Source: a virus
Direction: 5' to 3' (one strand)
DNA: 64,000 nucleotides
IMG/VR virus record: IMGVR_UViG_3300014208_000031
Coordinates: 32,001 to 96,000 of that record
Positions within the stretch are counted from its first letter, which is position 1, and the number at the start of each line of letters is the position of its first letter. Both the position numbers and the translations under genes were made by a program. The notes under the pieces were generated by a model. The model was given only the letters and a program-made list of their open reading frames with translations, did no database searches and had not been told where the DNA came from. Of this stretch, positions 28,551-37,900 are shown one piece after another.

Positions 28551-28829
28551 ATGACAAGTGAACAATATGTAAGTTGGCTGGACGGATTCCTTTCTGCGAT
28601 TAACGGAAATGAATTAACTATTAGCCAGATGAATTTGATTAAGACTAAATTAGATAGTGTTTTTAATAAGGTAACTCCGCCGGTTATTTCTGGCAATATT
28701 TCTACTTGTGGTTATTATAACCATAATCCGGCAAATTTCAATTATAATTATTTATCATATGGCGGATTAAGTGGATTATCTGGAGTATCGGTGCTAGATT
28801 TCTATCAAAACATACCAATAACCTGTTAA
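28551..28829 (+). CDS. Small phage protein, WLxG(Y/F) family
   Basis: MT.EQY..WLDGF...Q...IK.KLD.VFNKVTP. Confidence 0.6.
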   Translation: MTSEQYVSWLDGFLSAINGNELTISQMNLIKTKLDSVFNKVTPPVISGNISTCGYYNHNPANFNYNYLSYGGLSGLSGVSVLDFYQNIPITC

Positions 28830-28869
28830 TTTAACAAACAAAACTAAGGAATAAGAAAAATAAAAAAAT

Positions 28870-29697
28870 ATGCGCGAACTATTTTCATATAATTTACTCT
28901 ATAAGGTCAAAGAAGACGTGACCGAAGAATTAGAACCCGGTAAAAAAACAATTACTACTAAATTAGTAGAGAAACCGGTAAGGGTAATTTTAAAAGAGCA
29001 AAATAGGGCAGATATGTCGGCTGCAAATAGCGTTTATCAAATTGAATGGTCCGACGCGATCAGAAAAGGGATTTTGCCCCGTAGTCTAATTAGTAAGAAA
29101 TTTCGTGAAAGTGAAGGAATTTTAACTCCAAATGAGATTAAAGCGTTAGAAGAGATTAACAAAATTATTGAGGATGTGAAGGACGAATACCAAACTATCA
29201 ATTCCAAAGAAACTAAATCTAAAGAAGATGAAGATAAAATTCAAGAATTAATGGAGAAATTTAGTTGGGCTAATGAACAATTAGCATCGCTAGAAGAAGT
29301 TAACGAGTCACTTTTTCAGAATTCGGCGGAAAATTTAGCATGGTCAAAACAATTAATGTTTAATATACTCAATCTTTCCCACGTTGAGTTTGTCCCCGGC
29401 AAAATTATTCCTTACACTCAAGGTGACACGTTGGATGAAAAATTAGAATATTTAGATAAAATCGCGGCGGACGAATCAAGCGATGAATCAAAAGAAAAGG
29501 CTAGATTATATGATGAAATTTTAAGTATTAACACTGAATTTTTAAAATTAGTTTCAACTGGAAAAGTGACTAAAGAACAATTTCCTGCGATCCGTGAAAG
29601 TATTGAAAAGAAAGAAGTTAAAATCGAGCCGCCCGCCGAGGAAGTTAAAAAAGAGTCTAAAATTGAAGTAATTCCGGCGGAAGATAAAATAGTTTAA
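28870..29697 (+). CDS. Putative tail assembly chaperone 1
   Basis: Acidic helical protein between tail tube and TMP. Confidence 0.45.
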   Translation: MRELFSYNLLYKVKEDVTEELEPGKKTITTKLVEKPVRVILKEQNRADMSAANSVYQIEWSDAIRKGILPRSLISKKFRESEGILTPNEIKALEEINKIIEDVKDEYQTINSKETKSKEDEDKIQELMEKFSWANEQLASLEEVNESLFQNSAENLAWSKQLMFNILNLSHVEFVPGKIIPYTQGDTLDEKLEYLDKIAADESSDESKEKARLYDEILSINTEFLKLVSTGKVTKEQFPAIRESIEKKEVKIEPPAEEVKKESKIEVIPAEDKIV

Positions 29698-29724
29698 TTT
29701 TAGATAGTTAGCTTGTGAAATATC

Positions 29725-30735
29725 ATGCTAAATGAATCTGAAATAGTTTTCCTTAGAAAAATCTACGCGGAATTGTGCGCAGGTTATTCTATCTATGATT
29801 TAAACAGTAAAGAGTGTTATATAAGACATTTTGGTATTATTGATGATTTACAAACCGACACCCTCTACACAAATCAACTAAATAAATTAAAACAAAAAAA
29901 AGTTTTTACCGAGTCCGAAAAACTTAACTATCTCATAAAAAACGAACTTTGGGATAAAAAACAAGAAGAAAAAATTAAGTTTGTTCAGGAAACTTTAAAA
30001 GATTTATATACAAATAAACGAAAAGTTTTTAAGCCAGCGGATATTGAGTTTTATCGTGGTCAAATAGAGGAAAACGAGAAGTTTTTAAATAAAATATTGG
30101 TAGAACGGTGGAATTTGTTAGGTGAAACCGCCGAGGTCTTGGCAAGAAAATCTAGTGATTTATTGTTAATTAAAAAGTCATTTTTTAAAGATGCTGGGCT
30201 AAAAAAACCTTTTCATACAGATAAGCAATTTGAAGATTTGTCCGCCGAGGAGGTTGACAGCCTTTTTTCACTATACAATAAATTTCAAAATGATGTTAGT
30301 GAAAAAAATATTAAAAAAATTGCTGTCCAGAGATTTTTTCATGACCTTTATTTTTTAAGTCAATCGCCGACCGACTTCTTTGGAAAAAGTTTAATACAGA
30401 TGACTCATGTACAATCTAAATTACTCATATACGGCGGATATTTTAAGGGTATATTAGAAAATAATAGTATTCCAGACGATATTATGGACAATGCAGAAGC
30501 CATCGAAGAGTGGGCGTCAGGAAGAAAAAATATCGTTGAAGTTATAGAAAAACAAGAGGCGTCCGGCGGAGATAATGCTGTAGTAAGTTTGCCTGGTGTA
30601 AATAAGGAAATTTTGAAACGGTACGGGATTGATAATCCACAGGGAAATGCTAACGACCAAAAACTTGCAACTAAATTAAAAGAATCGGGTGGAGAGTTAT
30701 CAACTCAACAGATGATAGAATTGGGTCTTGCTTAA
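29725..30735 (+). CDS. Putative tail assembly chaperone 2
   Basis: Last + strand gene before TMP; IPDDIMDN..AIEEW. Confidence 0.45.
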   Translation: MLNESEIVFLRKIYAELCAGYSIYDLNSKECYIRHFGIIDDLQTDTLYTNQLNKLKQKKVFTESEKLNYLIKNELWDKKQEEKIKFVQETLKDLYTNKRKVFKPADIEFYRGQIEENEKFLNKILVERWNLLGETAEVLARKSSDLLLIKKSFFKDAGLKKPFHTDKQFEDLSAEEVDSLFSLYNKFQNDVSEKNIKKIAVQRFFHDLYFLSQSPTDFFGKSLIQMTHVQSKLLIYGGYFKGILENNSIPDDIMDNAEAIEEWASGRKNIVEVIEKQEASGGDNAVVSLPGVNKEILKRYGIDNPQGNANDQKLATKLKESGGELSTQQMIELGLA

Positions 30736-31718
30736 ATCTGATAATCCCGCCACTCGCCGGAATCGTAACGAGATTTGAATGCGTTAAATTGTTCTCGGGT
30801 GTTGTTTCTATTCCCATAAAGATGGTGAAATAAATCATGAACTTCAATTGATAATGTTATTCCGTTGTCTAGTTCATACCTTTTTTCTTTACACCAATTA
30901 TATCCTTCTAAATGGTGGGCGCAAATTTTCTGGCCTTTAATTCCTGTTAATTGACAGGTTCTATTATCGCGTTTAAAAACTTGTATTTTCCATTCCATAT
31001 ATTCTGGTAAATAATTTCTTTTTCCATAATTAGCAAGTCTAGCCCTTTCTTCTTCGGAAATATCTTTACGCCAATTAGGATGATTTTCTTTCTTTTGGTT
31101 ATTGTCTCGTTCAATTTTTAAACATCCACAGGATTTGGTATTAGAACTTTTAAGATGTTGACTAGATACAATAATTTCTTTTCCACAATCACATAGGCAT
31201 GTATATTGAGCCACAAAATTTTTAGTATGATGATATGATATAACTTTCAATCTGTTGAATTTTTGACCTATTATATTTTTTCTGTTACCAATTAAGCATC
31301 CACAACTTTTTGTTGCCCCCGATATTAATCTTCCGGTTTGAACTACAGTATAATTACCACATTCACATAGGCAATTCCAATAACATCCTTTTGCTCCTTT
31401 GGCGTCTTTTCCACTGTTTCTACGAGAAAGATTCAAAGCTGTTAATTTGACAAATTTTTGATTAGTTAGGTCTATGTATCTAGATTGATTTCTTTCTATT
31501 ATTTTTGACAGGTTTAAACATCCGCAACTTTTAGTTGAGCTAGATTTTAAACTAGTTCCAACAACAATTGTTGTTGTAGTTTTATCTTCAGAACATTGAC
31601 ATAGACATTTCCAATTAGCGCTTCTGTTTTTATCGACATGTGAAAATTCGATAACAGTTAATCTGCTAAATATTTGTCCGGTTAAATCCTTAATTCTTTT
31701 GTTCGGAATTAAGTTCAT
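30732..31718 (-). CDS. HNH homing endonuclease with W.C.C.C..KSCGC repeats
   Basis: Three DLTG..F..L..C.C.CG..KSCGC repeats; VFKRD..CQ..AHHL..NGITL..H..FH..YG. Confidence 0.88.
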   Translation of the reverse strand: MNLIPNKRIKDLTGQIFSRLTVIEFSHVDKNRSANWKCLCQCSEDKTTTTIVVGTSLKSSSTKSCGCLNLSKIIERNQSRYIDLTNQKFVKLTALNLSRRNSGKDAKGAKGCYWNCLCECGNYTVVQTGRLISGATKSCGCLIGNRKNIIGQKFNRLKVISYHHTKNFVAQYTCLCDCGKEIIVSSQHLKSSNTKSCGCLKIERDNNQKKENHPNWRKDISEEERARLANYGKRNYLPEYMEWKIQVFKRDNRTCQLTGIKGQKICAHHLEGYNWCKEKRYELDNGITLSIEVHDLFHHLYGNRNNTREQFNAFKSRYDSGEWRDYQI

Positions 31719-31866
31719 TTTCTTTAATCAAATTTTCCACGGCCATTGTTACGAGTTGTGTTCGCGTGTAATTTTTTCTTTCAGCTAATTCTTGTAGCTT
31801 TTCTACCAACTCGGGATCGAAAAAATAATTCTCGCGAATTTTTTCTTTTTTTGTTTTTATTTTCAT
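31690..31866 (-). CDS. Ribbon-helix-helix (CopG-like) protein, 58 aa, absent from the ORF track
   Basis: MKIKTKKEKIRENYFFDPELVEKLQELAERKNYTRTQLVTMAVENLIKENELNSEQKN; overlaps the HNH start. Confidence 0.7.
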   Translation of the reverse strand: MKIKTKKEKIRENYFFDPELVEKLQELAERKNYTRTQLVTMAVENLIKENELNSEQKN

Positions 31867-31895
31867 ATAGTTTTATATCCTTTTAGCTATATTTA

Positions 31896-31959
31896 TTTAC
31901 ACTTAATTCTGATAAAAATGAAGAAATATTTTAAAAAAGTTTAATAAAAATAGTGTAAA
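31896..31959. promoter_or_regulatory. Divergent pair of AGTGTAAA motifs (RHH-HNH leftward, TMP rightward)
   Basis: TTTACACT at 31896-31903 and AGTGTAAA at 31952-31959. Confidence 0.6.
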
Positions 31960-31997
31960 TACTATATAACTAATTAAAGGAACAAGAAATAAACTAA

Positions 31998-34900
31998 ATG
32001 GCGAATTCTGGGAACATAATTTTAGGAGTATCAGTAGACGAACAATCTATACGTTCGGCTGAAAATAGAATTCGTGGGTTAATTAAAGGTAATCAAGCAA
32101 TTAACCTTAAAGTCAATACAACTGGACTTGGTAGAATTAGTAGTGATGTAGCCCAATTTTCCAAATCGCTAGAAAGTGCGCAGGCAAGAACTTTGGCATT
32201 CGTTTCTGCTACTACATTATTATATGGAGTTGGTACTGCCGTAAAATCTATCGCGAGCGCATTTATCGAAACGGAGGCCCGGTTCAAATCAATTCAAATT
32301 GTCCTTAATACAACTACACAAAAATTTGACAAATTTAAATCTTCTTTATTTGATATAGCTCGTAACACCGGAAAATCCTTCGAGGAAGCGGCTTCGGCGG
32401 CAGAAGAACTGGCGCGCCAAGGTCTAAAAGTAGAAGAAGTTCAAAATAGAGTTAACGCAGCTTTAATATTATCTCGGCAATCAGGATTAGGAACGGCGGA
32501 GGCAGTAAAAGCTCTAACTGCTGCAACCAACTCATTTAATAAATCTGCTTTAGATCAAATTGGTATTGTTAATAAGTTAGCAAATGTTGATGCTAACTTT
32601 GCTGTATCTTCAAAGGATTTAGTTGAATCACTATCTCGCGCAGGCGCTACCGCACAAGACGCTGGTATTAGTTTTGAGAAATTACTATCTTTAACCGCTT
32701 CACTTCAGCAAACAACCGCGCGCGGCGGTGCTGTCATTGGTAACGCTTTAAGATCAATATTTACTAGAATTGAACGGGGTTCTACATTAGATGCACTTCA
32801 ACAATTTGGTGTTGCAACAAGAGACTTGCAAGGAAATGTTTTAGCTGTTGACCAAGTATTAAAAAATCTAGCTAATACTTATAAAACATTGAGTCAAGCT
32901 GAACAGGCTGCGCTATCCGAAAAAGTCGCAGGCATTCAACAAATTAACCAATTAAAAGCTTTGTTAAGTGATTTAAGTAAGGGTAATTCAATCTATGCAC
33001 AGTCTTTAGCTGTCTCCACCGAAGAAACAAACTCTGCTATCGAAAGAAATAAGGCTTTAAATCAGACTTTACAAACAAACTTAAATGCTATTAAAACAAC
33101 TGCTACTCAATTTAGTTCGGTTTTTGGTAAACTAGTATTTCAACCAACGATTAAAGGCGGCGCGGACTTTGCGCAAAATGTTTTAGGCTCTTTAAACAAT
33201 CAAGATCAAGATAGTAAATCCGCCGGACAGAAACTCGCCGAAGGATTTTTAAGTGGATTTGGAAAAGCGTTAGCTGGCCCCGGCGCGGTTATTGGTATTA
33301 GTGCTATTGTTAATGTAGTAAAACAATTAGGTAAATTTTCTTTTAGTGTTTTAAGTGATTACGCAGCTTTAAATAGTGCTTCTAAATCTCAGGGTTCTAT
33401 TCAAAATGCTATAAATCAAATTTTAGCTACTGGTAATGGTAAATATATTGAAAGATTGGCCCGCGCCCGCTCAATTAAGGAAGAAGAGTTAGCCATTAAA
33501 AGTATAATGTTAGAAATTAACGCTTTGCAAGTTCAGCAAGGAGCGCGAAACTTTAGTGCTGTTCAAAATATTGCTAGAAATAGAGGCGGAGTTACACCTG
33601 AAGGTAGTTTTAAAATACCACGGGCGTCCGGCGGATTTCTTCCTGTGAATCAAGAACAAAATGATATAAATCGGGGTGTCGGCGGGGCATCGCGTTCGGC
33701 CCGGCCTAAAGTTATTCCAAACTTTAATTTCGGCGGAGGCAAAAGAGGAACAGTTGTAGCTAACACTGATGAATATATTGTTCCTAATTTTGGAGGTTCT
33801 GATGGGTCGGCAATATTTAATCAACAAATGGTGGCTAGACATGGATTACCTAGTAATGCTAGAAAAATAAATGCGTCCGGCGGACTTATACCAAATTATA
33901 ATGAATTCAAAGGTTATCCTGAATTTAAAACTCCTAAAATTGGTCGGGGCGGATATTCTGGAATGGTCGGTATTGATTGGAAAAGCGTTTTAAGATATAT
34001 TAGTCCTAATCAATTTTTAGAATCTGCCTTACCATTGGATTCAAGAATTAGAGATGAAAAATCTATTAGTAATATTAGAAATAGAATACAAAAAGGACAA
34101 GAAATTGATCCGGGTTATTTACGTTTAGAAAGAGATAGAAAATCTCGGCGCGGAATCACCGGACACGAAGGGCGACATAGGGCGACAGCCGCGCTTTTGG
34201 AAGGCGTTCAAGACTTTCCAGTAGAATTTGATATTAAAGATTTTGGCCGCGCGCCAAGTTTATATCAGGATGGTAAAATTGAAGAAATATTGGCTCAAAA
34301 ATATTACCCAGAAGCAACAATGACTGGAAATCTTAGTGGATTCGACAACAAAGTAAGACCGGTTCAATTTAATTTTAGACGCGGCGGAAACAGATTATTA
34401 AGTCAATTTTCGCGCGGACTTATTCCCAATTACTTCAACAAATACAACAAACAAGAAGCAAATTATAATGGAGCTTTAATTGATAAAGATTATAAATATA
34501 TTTACGCAGACCAAAACGAAGCAATCAGTAAAAGTAAAAGGTTAGCCGCGCGGGCTAAGGGTTTTGAATTATTGAATCCAGATGACGTTAATTTTCTAGC
34601 TAGAAATGAAGAAATACTAAAAGGCCATAAATTAAAAATAATTGATCCAACTGCTCAACTTACCAAGAATGGAACTGGCAGTTTTCTAAATATTTTATCA
34701 GCTAATTCTTTCAAAGGCGATAAATATAATGAAGCCAGATTATTAAAATTAGGAAAAGTTTCTCCACTGGCGGGGTTTTTGAAATCTAGAGGAATAAGTA
34801 ATCAAAATTTTTTAAAAGCTAAAAAAGCTATTGCACAAAAATTTGGAAATAATTTTTTCATTAAAGCAAAAGAAGGCGGCGGCTCAAATTTTGAAGAAAG

Positions 34901-37900
34901 TAATGAAGTATTTTCATCTAATAAAGGTATTTCAAAATTAAAAGATATTGACCCAGAACAATATTATATTCAAGAGGGAATTAAAAATACTACAGGGCTA
35001 GAATATCGAGTTAATTTAGCTGGCGTGGGTAAAGGTGCTCAAGTATTGGGTCGCGGAGCTTATATTAAAGATGAATATAAAGAAGTCGATCCAAATTTAA
35101 GCGATGCTCCTTCAAGTTTAATTTCAGCGGTTAAATCTGGACGAATTGAAGATTATTTAAAATCTCAAATAGCTATTAGACAAGCGAAACAAGTATTATT
35201 GAATGCCCCGGAAAGAGTCCGGCGCGGCTCAATTACAGGATTTGACGTTTTAGAAACCAACAAAAGTGGATTAGGACTGCTTGGACAGTATTTAGGAATA
35301 GGAAAGGGTGGCGGAGTTGTCGAAGCAAACTTTAGCCAAGACGACCAAGGAAAAGGTCAAGCTGGATATTCTGGATATTTAGACAAATTAGGAGTTTTAA
35401 TTCCGGCGGCTCAAGCTTTGATTAAAAACAATGGAGGATTTGCTGGTGGATTAATTCCCAATTTCAATTTATCTAATAGTCTATTAAATGCCGGAGTAGG
35501 ATTAGATGATAAAGCTAAATTATTAGCACAAATATTGGGCGGATCAAACAGTCCATTAAAAACCGCTATAAACAGAGAGAAAAACGCTGGAATTCCATTA
35601 GATCAGATAAAAGTAGAAAATCATCCAAGTTTAGTGTCCGGCGCGAATCCGGGCGGACTGGCTGTAACTAATAAAATTGATGAACCGGGCGGAATATCTC
35701 AGGGAATATCTCGCGCGATTAAAGAAGGTAGAAATCCTAAAACTTACGGAGCAAGTAAGGGATTGATTCCGAATTATGCTTTACCAAAACCCCCAACTTT
35801 ACTTTCTGGCGCTCCCGCCGCACTACAAGAAGAATTTTTACAAGAATTGTTAAGAGAATTTGCTAAAAAAGCCGCTCTAGAAAATCAAAAAGGATTTTTT
35901 AGTGGAAGAAAATCTGGTAAAATATTAAAAGATTTTGAACAAGAATTAAAGGCGTCGCCGGGATTTGCTAGATTGGGTCAAGCTTCGCAAGATAGATTTG
36001 ATCTAGAAACGTCTAATGTTCAAGCGGCACAGGCAGACAGACGTAGAGGAAAAGTTCAAGGAGCGGCTTTTACAGCGGCTATCGGAGCGCCCATTTTAAC
36101 TAATGCTTTAACATCTTTATCTCCAGCAAATGATAAAACATCCAGACAAATTAACGCGGTTGGAGAATCCGCCGGAACTGGATTAAGTTTGGCTGCAACA
36201 TTCGGATTTAGTCCTTTTGGCATTGCCGTCGGCGCGGCTACTACAGCTTTAGGTTCATTAAGAGGAATAGCTGATGCTAGTAGAAAAAGTTTAGAAGATT
36301 TAACTAAAGAAGTTGATGATACGCGCGGGACATTTGAAGGAAATAAAAATGCCTCGGCTGGTGTGTTTCAAGGCCGTGAACAACTAAAAGATTTAATAAA
36401 TTCTGGAGCTTCAAGTAAAGAAATAGATTTAGTTTCAAGAAACATTCAAGATTTAATTACTTCGATTGATGATCCAAGTTTAAGAAACAAAGTGGTCGGA
36501 GCTAAAACTAACGATGAGCAACTTAATATTTTAGCAGAAATTTCGTCAGCCCAAGCCAAAGCTGTTGCAGAAAAAGGTATAGGAGTGGGTCTAGAATCTA
36601 TAATTGGTAAAAATCGTGATATTTTTAAAGACAAATTTGGCGATACACAAAATATTCTGCTTAATAAACAAGATAGAACAGATGTAACTAGCTTAATTAG
36701 AAGTGCTTTACCCTTAGAGTCAGATGCAACTAAACGCACCGGACAAATTAAGGGTTTAGAAGATTTAAATACCAAGGGAGATTTTGGTTTAGAAAGTTTA
36801 CAACGTGTGCTAGGCACACTAAATATTAGTTCCGACGCCTTAAAACAATTTAATCAATTAGCATTAATCGAACAAGAACTTATTGTTAAAAACGTTGTTC
36901 AACGAAACTTGTCCGCCGATGCGCTCAGAAAAGAAAATGAGAATCTAAAAGTTTATACTCAGTCGGTGGTAAATCTAGGAAGACTACTAGATAAATTACA
37001 AACTTCAACAAATTTTAAATTTGATTTAGGTAATATTAGAGATTCTGGAACTAGAAATCGCGCGTTATCCGGGGCAAATCAAGCTTTAGGGACTTTAGGT
37101 AATTTTATTACTCCTGAATCTCAAAATAGATTTGAAAATAGAAATAAAGAGTTTGAGATTAAAAATGAATTAATAACTAGCACTAACGACATTAGTAAAA
37201 GTTTTATTAACAGTTTTGATTCTTTACCAAGTTTAGTTGAAGAAGCTTTTAAGAAATTCACTACCGGAAACGGAGAAGGCGAAGGTAAAAATATTTCCGG
37301 AAAATCTGAATCATTAAAAAATACTTTACAACAATTAAGAGCAAATGTTTTAGCTGCCGGCGGCAATCCAGTTGACGCAGCAAATTCTGGCGTTGAAAAA
37401 ATAAACGAACAAATTAAATTACTTGGAGGACAAGACGGTAAATTAAATAAACCCTTAATTGACGCTCTAATCAAATTTAGAGACGAGGGGTTGAGCATTC
37501 CTGTGGAGTTAGCCCGCGCTCAAAGTGAGGAAGCAAGACTTTTACAAGCTAATACCAACAAACTTAACGAACTAAACCTTTCTATAACAAAACAATTAAG
37601 TTTCCTCGGCGGACGAAGCTTTAAGGATTTACCGTCCGCGGACTTCAGTGATATTAAAGGTGGTTTAAGTCAAGGAAAAACAATTAGAGATTCAATTAAC
37701 GGACCTTTTAGTAAAAGAATATTTAAATCGCGCGGATCAAGTTTCCAAGATTTCTTCCAAGGTCAACAAATTGATGAAGAAGCGGAAAACTCTCGTCGTG
37801 GAAATGTATTTTCTAAATTGGCGGGCGGAAAACTTCAAGCTTTTAAAGAAGGATTTTTAGATGGAAATCCCGAACAAATTAACCAAGCAAGATTTGAAGT

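Noticed and set aside
29641-29727. Programmed frameshift or readthrough joining the two chaperone genes
   Set aside because: Both ORFs are in the same frame, separated by TAA, TAG and TGA; a -1 shift at the A run near 29647 meets a stop within a few codons.
22916-30735. Contractile tail sheath
   Set aside because: No sheath-sized or sheath-like ORF near the tube gene.
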